Source: Balanoglossus misakiensis
Lineage: Eukaryota > Animalia > Hemichordata
Length of the DNA stretch: 64,000 nucleotides
Direction: 5' to 3'
NCBI GenBank assembly: GCA_040954595.2
Contig: CM082598.2
Coordinates: 310,001-374,000 of the forward strand
In this document: positions 49,518 to 62,403 of the stretch, piece by piece
Numbering within the stretch: the first letter of the stretch is position 1
How the letters are laid out: the number at the start of each line of letters is the position of its first letter
Notes under the pieces: generated by a model
Databases searched by the model: none
The model's input: only the letters and a program-made list of their open reading frames with translations
Told to the model about the DNA's origin: nothing
Made by a program: the position numbers and the translations under genes

Positions 49518-49667
49518 TGATAACTTGGGCCTAGCTAGGGAGTTCTTTATTATGAGCATCCTAGGTGGACCTGTTCATGGGGGGCGACTCCATCTTGTTT
49601 TGAGTGAAACTTGTATGTGAACATTGTGGACCCAGTCGGAAATAAATCAATTATTGTTGAACTATTA
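49518..49667 (+). repeat. 3' LTR (TG...TA)
   Basis: Identical to the 5' LTR; preceded by the PPT and followed by TSD GTTGT. Confidence 0.95.
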
Positions 49668-51814
49668 GTTGTTGTAGGGCTTCCATGGTAGCTGTGTCTT
49701 TGAGAGGAAAAACTGTATGGTCTGTGACGACTCTAGATACTGGATACCCTCAGAGATTCACACAATCATTTGGCTTCTCTGGCTGACCTCTCTGGAAATT
49801 AAAACAGAAATAGACGATTTTACGTTCATTGTGAGATCTCACGAGATATGGTTAATAATAACAGTGTCATGGCAGTGTTGCTAGCCAAGTAATACAAGTC
49901 GAACCGTATATAACTAGTAGAGATTCAGAATCTGTTCGAAAGGCTAGCCTAGTACATGTACCAGTACATATGCAAGATTCTAAAATGCTAACCTAAATCC
50001 ATTGAACCAGGACTATAAATATATCTTTGTATGACATCTCTGTTTGATTTGTAATCATTATTTTATGCCTAATTAATCAGTAGACATCTCTGTGTTTACA
50101 TTGACAGTTGGTAATCACAATATACGGGTGTCTCAGTTTCATGTCACAGTGACTCTTATATATATATTTTGAATTTCACATGAACGTCTACTAGTAGGTC
50201 AACGTTGTAGAAATTCTCAGTTTTTTTTGTCAGAATTATAAACCAGTCTGTGAACTGACTTGTCATTTGAATACATGGTAAAAAGTAAAATGTTAATGCC
50301 AAAATGTGAAAAATATATTGCAACTGAATACACCAAGCGTAAGAACATGATCTCTCTCTGTCTGGAACTCGGACATACCTCAACTGGTTTCATTCATGTA
50401 CACATATTCTAGTCTAGAACACATCCTTTGCCAAAAGACAGATATTTAAATTATGAAACTGAGATTGTATATTGTAATCTAGACTATGCACTTCTTCACT
50501 AATAATTTGGATTATAAATTTGCTAATTATTATTAGTAATATGCCTCCATTTTTAACCCTGGTGTGGTGTATTTTAGCTAGTTCCAAGGTATAGCTTGGT
50601 GAACATGTAAATCTAGTATGGTTTTATGCTAGAATGATTGGCAATCTAGTCATGCATACTTCAAAGATTACTTTGCTGATGTCATAGCTGTGCATTTAAA
50701 CAATTAAAAGATGGTCTGAATAATACTAGTATAACTTGCATGATTTGTCCCTCATAAAAGTCCGAGATGTCACAACCTTTACACACGGTCTCTTTCCATG
50801 CAAAGCATCTAGAGTCATAAAATTATACAGTTATGTAACCAGCTTGCAAGGGTGGATGATTGAAATATTGTCTCCAGTCCCCCCCAAAAAAACAACAACA
50901 ACAACAACAACAACACACACAAACAAACAAACTTTCTTTGTTTCTCCACTTGAAAGAAAATCTGACATTATTAGATAATAAGATATTTCCTAGTTCCTAT
51001 CTACATTTTTTTTCTGAAGTAGGCACTGATGTAAAAAGTTTACAAATACTTTAGTCGTTTTCAAAATTAAACCTGATACTTGGTTTTGCAATGACGAAGG
51101 CTTTGCAAAATTTATATCCTAGAGCAGCATGATTGAAATTACAGTCTTTTTATGAAATGCCATAGCTTTAGGAAAGACAACTTTCCAATAAACTTATCAG
51201 TGACCAACAGATCAAATAAATGCATGTTGCAAACGGATGGGTTTTCACGTTTCTCTGCAATATGCAACGGTGCGGACAATAACAATAAAGTTGTCCGTTG
51301 CGTACATCATTATTTATGCAATCTGTACGTTGGTCGTAGCGTAGTGCTAAAAGTCTAAAAGTTCTTACCTGTTTCTCAAAAGTCAACTTATCCCAAATGT
51401 GGCGTCGATGATGACGTAAAATCGTCTCTTCCAAATGTACGACAAACATCGATAAATACCGGCATTAGCGACCTTGTAGTTAAAGCCGTGTACGTTTCAT
51501 AACCGTGTTCATTTCATCATGGACCTCTACGCAGTTGTATGATTTCACTTTCGATCGATATCTCCAGTTGAAACCGGCAAATTTGGCGGGAGTTATTTGG
51601 GCATGCGCGCAGCGCTGTTTGTGCGTTTCACCCGGAAATAAACAACTCGGTCAAGTCGATTTCTCTGTATCGATCGACGCGCGAACGAACGATGTACATG
51701 TACATGAAAGAAACATACTGAAGTAGGATTTCAGTATCATGAAATGTACTCATTTTCCTAAAGGCTACTTTAATTTAGGGATTAAATAATACTGGGACCA
51801 AAGTTTTGGAGTTA

Positions 51815-51972
51815 GGGACCGTTCAGTTATTATGAGGGGGAGGGGGATTTATATAGGGATGGCCAATCATGTGAAGAGTGACCCTCCCCAACACGCCTTT
51901 CTAAAATGTGACCCCCTTTGAATTTGTATAACATGACACCCCCCCCCCCCCTGCTCAAAAATTGAAATGTCA
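51815..51972. mobile_element. Possible degenerate PIF/Harbinger-like MITE
   Basis: TTA|GGGACCGTTCAGTTATT plus a G-run at the left end; a C-run plus AAAATTGAAATGTC (poor inverted match) at the right end. Confidence 0.3.
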
Positions 51973-54900
51973 TATCACTAATAAACATACATTAATAATT
52001 GCCATTTTAACCAAATGTTGGTGTGATGGTTAAAAGAGATTGTAGAAAAACCATATATGCCATATATCACAAGAACTGAATTTATTATTTAGATCTATAT
52101 ACTTGCAATGTAATTTTTTTTTCTTCAACTGAACATGAAACTTTTTTCCAAATCATAGTAACTCTGTAGTATTTTCATGTATCAAGTAGTTTTTCTTCAA
52201 GTATAACTGTAATATTTGGAATTGTGAAGTACTTGATCAATATGGTTTCGACCTCCTGCTGCGATGGAGTGACATGTATTTTCTTAAACTATTTGTAGAG
52301 TTGCTGAGTAGCAGTAGTGTGTAGCCCAGGTTAAATTAACCAAATGGTGGTAATTAAGGTTCTTTATCTGGAGTGTTTGATCTGGGATTGGAGTGCGATT
52401 GGTTGCGTTAGTGATTTTAATCTGTACAGCGTGTGTCATGACGCGAGTTTGCCTTGTAAATAGTTTATTGCCGCTGTGCTGCTATGCATACTGGTATCAA
52501 TAGCAGATTGCTTTGCAGTCTTTCAGAGTGGGTCAATCGTCCTGTGTTGAAATTGAACTGACAATCACTGTCACTGTCTTTTCCATCTGTTTGGTAATAC
52601 TGTAAAACGGGAAATGTTCGTGGCAGGAAATCCACAGGAGGTACATGCATTATAGAAGACTAAGTCAGTTGAAGATATTTTGAGAAATCAGAATGTGGTT
52701 AAAGCAAGAAACCCTTTTCGAAATGAAATAAAGAGCCTTGAAAAGCTACTTTTCCATTGTTGGCAGGTCTTGATCAAAATATTAACCCCCCAAAATATAA
52801 TCTTGCGTTGAAATATGAACCAGCAAATGCTGCCAGCATCCTTTATAGCTTTGTGCTCAACATGAGAAAGTGATTTCAACAAGATTTGACTCGACAATAT
52901 GCAGAATAGACAAAGTGGGGCTATAGTGGCAGACCTTTTTAACAATCGATAGGTCATTCAGAATACTAAGTAATAGATAAAGCCAGTGGATATTCAAAAG
53001 TTCGCTTAAAGATGCAGAGAGTCGTTCATGTTAAGTTCTCGTTTTATGTGAAATGACAGAAACAGTGAAATTGTTAAGCTGTTGATGCGTTCTTTTAATT
53101 ATGCATGTACTTTTAAAGGTTATTTTCATGATGAGGTGAACAGGCAGTGCACAAAATAGTTAGATTCAGTAAAACTGTCACTTGACTCGCAGTTAAAGAT
53201 GAATTCTCGAAGTCAAGATGGCAAAGAAGGACGGTGAATATTAACAAGTCCATGTTTGGTTTCACGAGGCGGTGTTAGCTACAGTGTTTCAGCACATCTC
53301 TTGTCATAAATACTAATCTGGCGAGCAAATCTCAAGTTTCCCAGGAATTCCGTGTGCGGCAACGGCCGAAGATTCCGGCACTTTGCCGGCCGCTATCCGC
53401 AATTGTATTCCAGGCAGTTTTCATGAGCTTTGATTGTGTGCGTGTAGCCTATTGCTGCATAACGTTCCAGGCAACTGGCAGACCTAACGTTTCTGGGTAA
53501 CGCTTTTCTCTACATACCCTGGATGTATTGATATATCTTGTTGTTTGTAGTGTGTGTACAAGACTGTCATCTGCCACTTCAAGTTGTTTCTTTTTCCCAC
53601 ATACCACTACAGAGTCACCGCCTCTCCAGGCTAACTAAACACTTTGCATAATACCCTAACATATTGATTCGATAGCTTTGTCGAAATAAAAAGAACGTGC
53701 TGATTTTTTCTCTCTGCAGCAAACACAGATTTCTAAGGGTGATTTATTGGTGCTTGCATGTGTCAACATCACCTAGTGTGCTATGTTTACCCCTTTCACT
53801 GCTATATTTGGATTGACGCCATTGTGTTTAGTGTTGTGGTTGCACTCCTCTGCAGTTTAAGGGGGGGGGGATTTAAACACCGTATTTCGCAATAGTGTTT
53901 GGTTGATGTTAAGTTTGTAGCTTCATTATATGTACTGGAATGTCTATGTCAGCACACTTACTGATCAGCTTAGCTTGATTTGAAAGAAAAATGCAGCTTA
54001 TACACACACAAAAAATGTTGAAAATATAGCCAACATTATTCTAAAAAGGTCTGTGCAGAACATTGCAAGAGAGTGATTTGGTTTGGCACAACCAAGAACG
54101 GAAAGGTGAAACTATAGACTACCATTTTAAGGTGTGAGTATCTTTTTTCAGGTGTGGTTGTCAACAGTTCAGGTGGTGGACAGGATACTATGAGAGATAT
54201 TTTTTCTCCTGGTACTATTTAATCTACACTATAGGGAAGAAAGATTGTGTGCAATGTAAGCTTTGCTATTTACAGTGTAATAGACACCATCACCCTGGTG
54301 CCTGACTACAATAGATAGAGCCATAAACCTGTTGAGTGGCTTTTGTTACAGATTTAATGGAATATCTGCCGATCGATTATGCGGATAATGTAGTTGTCCA
54401 GTCTTTGTGTGATTCAGTGACGAAAATCGCATATTTAACAAAATATACACAAAAATTCGAAAAGATCACAAAATTTTGCAAGGAAATGATAGATTATTAG
54501 CTGTTATGAATAACCGGTTCCAGAAATATCAGTCTCCAGGGTTGATGAATTTTGTTTTATGTTTTGTTGTACAGTGGGTGTGATGTTTTGATGTTTTACT
54601 CATAAAATGTAAATACGGTAGTTAGGAGATTAATACACACAGGTTTGCAAGGTGTCTGGCAGTGTGCCAAAATTAACAAGTATGTTAATGTCTACAAACC
54701 AATGTCTCATTGCTTTTGTTTAACCAGTTATATTTTTAAATTGGGAAAAGTCTTGTTATATCTTGTTAAATTTCTCATCGCGAACATTTCCCGGTGCACA
54801 GTATACTAGAAAAACTATCAACTAAAGCTACTGGGATATTCAGCACTCAGAGACCTGGGAACTGTGATAAACACAATTTGATGCCAGATCATCATTATCT

Positions 54901-57900
54901 CGGAGTCAGACATTTATTATTGATGAGGCAGGCATATGTCACACATGTTGGAAGGTATTTAAGTCTGCATAAGGCCATTTGCATTTATCGCAGACCTTGT
55001 CATGGCTGAAATAATCCTTAGTGAGGAATATCTTTGGTCTGTTTCCACATTTGATTGTCAGAATTCATGTCAGTGTGTTTTTGGGGATGTAAAATTAAGC
55101 ATATGTTAGAGCCCAACTCTAAACCTTACCCCAGACCTAACTTCTGAATATATGTATACCCCAACAATCAATCAAATAAAAAAAAATAAAAAAAAAAAAA
55201 AAATAAACATGACCATATTTGTTAACAAACAAGCAAATAAACATGTTTTTCTAATATTTTTTATTCTATTCAAATAACACATACACACACGCATACATAC
55301 ACAAAGAGGAAGATCTCCCATACCCCACCCACCCGTCCATCCATCAACCCATCTACATGTATCTCTCTATTCATCCGTTCATTCATTCAGTCAACCGTGC
55401 ATCCATCAGCTTTCACACCCGAATATAACCCTCGATAAAAACATAAAGCAATGACAAAAATTACCCTGGGAATTCTGCAGCGAAAAGCACAATTAAAAAA
55501 CATGCTCCTTACATCAATAATTTTATGAATCAGATAATAACTATTGATGGCTGGCATAGCTGGGGAATGTACAATGCCTCAGGTTCAGTTTTCACCGTAC
55601 AATTCTGTTTTACTACAAACTTAATGATCCTGCTGACTGAAAGACAATTTGTAGCCAGTAAATTGGCAATAGCGATGCTGATTTGACCCAAGAGACATCT
55701 TGCAGTATTACTCCAAGCCTAGACAAGCTGACTTATAAAAATTCTAGAGTTTACAGTCAGGTGAAATGGTCTTAGTGGGTACAACTAAAAGCGTTCACTG
55801 CTATGCAAACAGCAGTTAAATCGTTTTGTATATGTCAGGAAATTATCCAAGCACTCCAAATGTGGGGACTTGATGAATTTCCTCTGTTCAGAATATGGGA
55901 AAGTGTTCAAATTGCCACCTCTTTCATGTTACCTCTTCTTTAAAATAAAATCTCAAAAAATGTTCTTGGAAATATGAGATTAAAGATCAGGAATTAGATA
56001 GATTACTAAGTGAATTTGGCCAGTTCAGATGACGACTCAGTTTTTTGTGCAAATTGGAAAAAGAACCATATGGTTATAAATCAGAAATCTGACATTGTTT
56101 TTTTCCTTTCTTTGCATTGTACGTGTACATGGATGAGCAAATCTGTACTTGTGAGCTCACGTATAGGCTAACACGGCCTTTTTATGGCCAAGTATAATTC
56201 TGCTAATCACAAAAGTACTGCGTTAGACTAGTGAAGCTGAACACAAACAAGGCGTAGACTCTTTCACAATCCCCTTGCTGGCAGTTCAGATCCCTTATCT
56301 TTTCTGACTAAGCCTGCAGAAGCTTAGCCAGGCAAGCCCATAGCCTAGTTTTGCTATAAAATAACACAGGGGGTTGTGGGGCAGTTTGCGTTCTGATCGC
56401 GTGCGTTAGCCATGTACTAGATGCTGTGTTGAACGCAAATTATACCATCATGCATTGCAGATACCCTATCCGCGAAGTGGTCTATGATTGACCGTAGGTG
56501 TAACTTAACTGTCTCGTACCGTGGTTGACAAATAGCTTCAAGTTGTGGCCGTATATACTGTTAGTGTGTCAAAGTTAGCGAAGGTGTGATCATTTGTCAA
56601 TATTGATGGAGGCTAACCACATCATCAACACCATCATTGCCCGGTTAGTGGCCAGTCAGAAGTGATATTGTCACACCGTCACCGAAGCAACATATAACCG
56701 TTAAACCCTGTAGTTGATGTGAAATTCATGTCAAATTTGTCTTTTGATATATTTTAAACCTACTGTTTTTATACATAGTTAATTTTAGCAAGTCATGAGT
56801 CATGAGGACTGCAAAAAAAATATATGAATTGTCATAATGATTGATTTGAGCACTGTGACTGTAGGCCGCTCTTATTGGCTGATTTACAGCCAATACCCAT
56901 CAGCCTGCCCGTATTTATTCCTGCTTGACCTTTGAACCAGTGTGTGGGTGTGCGAAGGTAAAAAACAACCTCATACAGTTAGCACTCACTGCAAGATGAC
57001 TGCTACTAAAACTCCTTCAACTTAAATAGCTTTTCTGCAAGTATTTATCAAAAGTCAAAAAAGGGCTACAAGAGACTATTAACTTAGAAGCAGTTACGTT
57101 GGTGTACTGTACATATACTAAACAAAATTACCCGTAAATTTTGAAAGAAAGTAAAACAGCTAATACATTTGTTTTTTAATTGTTTTTTTTACTGTTTTCC
57201 ATATGGAGTGTTTCCCTCATCAACAGATCTGAAAATTACGTCTTGTTTAAATTTCTTGGTAGCTGAAACACAAAATCTGCTATGGGTGCTTTTTCAAATT
57301 TGAGCCAGAGGTCAGCTTTATGTGGCGAAACATTGACATACACTTGTACTTCAGTAAACGTCTGAAAATAAAATATAATTGTCAACGATGCTAATGTATC
57401 ACTTTCTAAGTCAACTCAAGGCGTTGAAATTACCTTTCTGCTCATAAACAGTGTTGCATACTGATGAAGTTCTTTTGTTTTTGTGTAAGACTTAATTACA
57501 CTGGTACTGATTGTGTAATTACAAGTAGATTTGCAAGTGGGAGTAATTGGGATTCTGTAAACAGAGAGACAGAAGGAACATACATCCATGTACAGAAGTG
57601 AAGGAGATTGATAGCCTTTGTTTGTCATGGTTTCACTTTCAACAATAAACAAGAAAAGGACAAGTGAAGAAGATCCTGGGTTGCGTAATTTGGTGTCGCT
57701 GTTTGCCCAACGGTTTTGTTATCTATTCTGTTTAGGTTTCCATTACCTTTTGTGACATTGTGCGGCTCAAGGCAAACAGAACATGTTGGGCGACCACAAA
57801 ACACGTCTGAGTATCAACGAATCTGCCTGTTTGGTGGTACGATAGTTCTTAACAATCCTGTAAAAGTTGATGTGGTTATTTTTGCGGCCAGTGGTAGATA

Positions 57901-59916
57901 TGGTGGTTCAATGAACTGTGTGTCTCAGTTAACAAGTATATGTTAAAACTAGAACAGTAACCACCTTTGAATAACTTGCTGGACATGTCTGCATATTCTA
58001 CGCATGTGGTATTCGTCACCATAGTTACAGAACTTTTCTTAAAAGTAGAAGTTTGACTGTCGGCCTCATTCCAATATTCTCAAGGTTTCCCTTTCTTTTA
58101 GAGTGATGTAGAATTCTGACATGTTCTTAGATTAGCTGCGTTTTGTGTTGGCTGTGTCCACTGATGAACTGTTGCATCATGGGAAGTGACATGGCTTTCA
58201 ATTTCGTGCAACTGAAGAGAGGAGATTGCGATTTTGATCATCGAGATAATCACATGTTTCTGATGTCTGACCTTTTTTCTCTGCTGACTGGTGATCACTA
58301 GCTATCAGATATGGAATCACATCCGAAATCGTTACAAGTAATCAAGCACTGGTTATCGTTCTCTTCCTACAAACTTATCAATTCTAAACATGTCATACAG
58401 AAGATTGTGATCCTGTCGTGAGAATTATCATCAAGTTAGAGGATTAGTCTGAAAGGCCACGTAACTTTTCTATTATTTTTGCATGAAGGCCTTACATCTT
58501 ATGGCCAGCAACCTTAAGAAAGCTGACCTCTGCGTAGTGTGAAAGATACTTTGAGAGAAGGGAAGTTATTCACAAGGGTTTTAGTTCATGTTTATATATT
58601 CAATCAACAGTCGTATTTTTAGCATGGAATCTCTGTGTTAGCATGTCGTAGTTTAAATAAACGGGTACAAATAAGTTACTTTTGAAGAGAGGAGATAGTT
58701 TTCATGGCGACCAAGAACAGCTATACCAATTGGTGTTTAAAAATCTGACGTACGCCATGGTAACCTCTTGGGGCTTTATGTACAAATGTATTGGTATTGA
58801 AAACAACAGAGTCAGTTGGGACAAACCATGGTGGTGAAAGAGAGATGTTTTACATATCAGTAAACAGGTGTATACAAGAATATAAATAGCTTTTGCTGAG
58901 TAAAAAATGACCCAAATACAAGAAAATAGGGCAATTTTTATATCTCAGTATGTACCTAGATTTAGAATCAGATGTTACTCTTTTACTGGGATATTCGGCA
59001 CAGCTTTCAAACAACGTTTTCAGTCTTGTACATGTGTGTTTTCAGGTTTTTGCATAATACAGTACGTAAAAACGGGGGATGGGGTCAACTCCTACATAGT
59101 AGTACCTTGTTTTGAGACTGGGGGAACTTCATGTGTTTAACATGTTACCATGGTGATTGAACATATAGGCTATAAACCATTTGCATTTTAATAAAAAATG
59201 GTAACAGCCTGTTATATTTTTGGTCTAAATAAACACGAGAATGTTTGAACTTTGAAGGTTATTTCCCACTATTTTTTTTCTACCTGAGAATATTAATCTG
59301 GGTAGACGGGCTGGATGTGGATTGTACAAGTACTGGCAATTTTTACTTTCTGTATAAAAGTCTTTTAATCTCCAAAAGTATTGCAGGGTTACAGCTGTTT
59401 TGCACCCAGACAAAAAATAGAATCGAATAGTTAAAAAGGGCAAAAGTTAGATTTTGTTTTTCTACTTAAGATTCTTAAGTTTACAAGATGGAATCCATAG
59501 AGAATAGTCGATGTAATAACTGTTAAGCTTTTCTGTAGAATGGTTTGGTTGACTTTCCTAAACTCAGGACGATATTAATACTTGTAGCTTGTAATTTGGT
59601 CTATATACTTTATTGTGATCGGATATGGCCATATTTTTGTCCGGTATACAGTGCCTGCATGGCTGTGAATTATATGTAGTACATTTTTGGCATTTGCGTA
59701 TAAAGTACCTCCGCACAGATGTCATTCCCAATAGTATCTCATACCCAGCTGTTGTGCGGTCATCACAATTAGTACATCTCTTTGCATGTATGGAATTTAT
59801 CAGATATACAGAGGGGTATCGTTAACCGACCAGTTGTAATTCAACAAGAATGCCAGACATCCTGAAATAAAACGCCAAATGTATATTTTTAAAATAATAC
59901 AAGGTCTGGTCCTTTG

Positions 59917-60002
59917 CCTTTCCGCACCATGGTTTGGTCCAAACGCATCTTTCTATGGTAAAGTTGGACCTCTATACCGGGAAATGGAGGTGAAAGGGTT
60001 AA
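59917..60002. mobile_element. piggyBac-like MITE copy
   Basis: CCTTTCCGCACCATGGTTTGGTCCAAAC...TTCTATGGTAAAGTTGGAC...GGTGAAAGGG|TTAA; reverse-orientation relative of 35057-35148. Confidence 0.6.
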
Positions 60003-62237
60003 GTGATCATCATTGCTACGCTTAAAGCATATTCGCCCCATCCAAAATTTGTTACAATGTCTCATTTTATCATGAAAGTAAAAGTCATAATTTGTTCTGA
60101 AGATACGATGAATTATTAACCTCGTTAGCAAACTTTGAAGGTTTTGCCCGAAGCAACTAATGGCCATGGAGAAAGGGGATCCACACTTCTAGAGAAGTAT
60201 TTTCAATTTGTGTATTTTTTTTCGCAACACAAAAGGAAAACAGAAGGCTTGGTATCATGGTTGCTAAGTAACGCCATGCTGTTTGGATGTTGTCATGGTG
60301 ATGACATTGGTGTCAGGGCTTTAATTCTGATAGCTTCTGTGTGGTAGCAAACGGCCGGAAAGTTATACTGTAAAATCATCCTGGTGATATTGCGGTCGTA
60401 TCTAGTATTTCATTGAATGAAGTCTGGCTTTACTTGGTCCATATGCAAGATGATCTGTTGGCAAGAAATGATAAATTCAAGTCTACAGAAACTGAGAACC
60501 TAGGTTCTGTAATGTAAGACCTGCTTCATGCGTTAACATGGTGGTTGCGGTCACCGACTAAAGTAGGCTCTTGTTGGGTTTATCAGGCTAAAATCTACAT
60601 GCATTGTGTAGGGACTGAAAGTGATATGAGTGCCACCAAGTGAAAAATATAATATCATTGCAGCTAGCATGTACACCATTTACTTTGTGGTAATGTGGTA
60701 TTACCTGTTGTTTTCAATGCCGTGGTTGACTTCATTTCTGGTAAATAGGGGTGATAGCTACAAGTTCAAAAGGTAGACAGCAATGTTTTTAAATAGTAGG
60801 TAGTTTACATGTAAGAGTAAATGTAAGTGACCAAGTCAGATTGCTTGTGGCAGGGATTGTCCAAGGAGCAATTTTACAATTTATTTGGAACAAAATATTT
60901 GATCAGAGAAGATCAACTCTAAGTAGCCGATAGTTTAGCCATTTTCTGGCTTTACCCATGGTGAAAGAATTAAAATTGAAGAATTTCTATGATTTCTCAA
61001 GCCCAAAACATAATGGTTTTCAGAGTGACTGACACCACAGTATATCACTGTCAGTTCTAAAATCAACATTAAAAATGTGTTTGTTACACTGGTATTTGAT
61101 GTAATGAAAGAGATTTCAGTCAAAATCCGCTTTTCCGTGACCCAGCTGCCATTTGGATGCCAGCGTTCATCAGAACTAACCAAACATCGTTCATCGCCGT
61201 GATTTCTCATTCTAATCAGTATTCAGAGTAATAGCAAAAGCTTTTTTTACTGCAATTATTCACAGCGAGACGGTCAAAGGTCAGTCTACTAGAAGATATT
61301 TATTGCAAATCCAGCAAAGTATTAGGCATCCTTTGGCCTGCCCTGGTTGATAAATTGCATCTACTTACAAAGGTGATTGCTATCGGAATTTTGAACCGAT
61401 ACATACCTGGTGTGATTGCATGAATTGCGTAAGAGAAGATGAATCTAATCCACTATCTGTCTGAGTGTCTGGGTGTTTCATGGTCTCTGTCATTGGCCTG
61501 ATGCAATGCACTCTGCCTTTCCAGGTAGAGGCTGATGATTTGTAAAACTGGATCTCAGTGTAAAAATATCAAAATTAGCAAATTCAAGGAAATGTTGTAT
61601 TGTGCTTAGTATGGACTGATACAGTGATAGGTGTACGTATTTAAACCCCCACTTCAAATATGCGAGAGCCAAGAAAACTTGAAAATAGAAAGTTTGCGCT
61701 AACAGCTTCTCTATTTGGGCCATGCATAGCAGCAGTGTCGTTTCCAGTCGCAAAGGGCAATTGTTTATTATAACCCAAGTTCTATTGACGTCAGTCGTAA
61801 TACCTCCCTGGAGGAAAACGTACTTAATTAAACAAAGCGTTTGTCGTACACCCCATACTGAAATCGCCAATTGCCAGTGGACATAGTAGGTTTCTCTAAT
61901 AAATCGCTATCATTCATAATGGTTGACATATTGCCACTCACGATCAAACGACATGACTGTGTTTCGCCTTGTCACAAATTTCAGTGCTTCCCACTGAATC
62001 TGAGATGTTACAAGTGAAACATGACCTGAGTTTTTTTACCAGTATTCATGTACAGCTTTATTGTCCATCGAGTGAGACAGTCCACACACTGAAGGTGTCA
62101 AGTTAGATCTGTACACAGCACCACAGAAATGAAGAGGGTCTTACAATTGTTCTCTCACATTGTCTCTAATCTTTGCGAAATTCTTCCCTCCAATACACAC
62201 ATTGCAAATCTCACTGATGCACTATATTCACTGTATA

Positions 62238-62403
62238 CAGTCAAACTTGTGTTAGTGGCCACCTCTATATACTAGTAGTGACCACTTTGTTACAGTCATT
62301 ATGTAATTCACATGTGCATTAATTGACTTGGATAAAGGCCACCTGTCTATAAAGGCCAGTTTAGGAAAGTCCCTTGACTGGAGACTATAGACAGGTTTGA
62401 CTG
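62238..62403. mobile_element. Tc1/mariner (pogo/Tigger-like) MITE copy
   Basis: TA|CAGTCAAACTTGT...ACAGGTTTGACTG|TA; internal sequence aligns with 35274-35452. Confidence 0.75.

Larger units (their letters stand above)
44804..49667 (+). mobile_element. Full-length Ty1/Copia LTR retrotransposon (GalEa-like), 4864 bp
   Basis: Identical 150-bp LTRs at 44804-44953 and 49518-49667. 5-bp TSD GTTGT at 44799-44803 and 49668-49672. PBS TGGTAGCAGAGC at 44955-44966; purine-rich PPT at ~49499-49515; one intact ORF. Confidence 0.97.

Noticed and set aside
52400-52960. Possible transposase or SWIM-finger remnant
   Set aside because: No continuous frame or convincing motif by eye.
53339-53500. GC-rich hairpin with CCCAG...CTGGG ends (possible MITE)
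   Set aside because: The terminal match is only ~5-8 bp and there is no second copy in the window.
56385-56440. TTTGCGTTC...GAACGCAAA stem as a miRNA or other ncRNA
   Set aside because: Only a 9-bp stem with a poorly paired interior.
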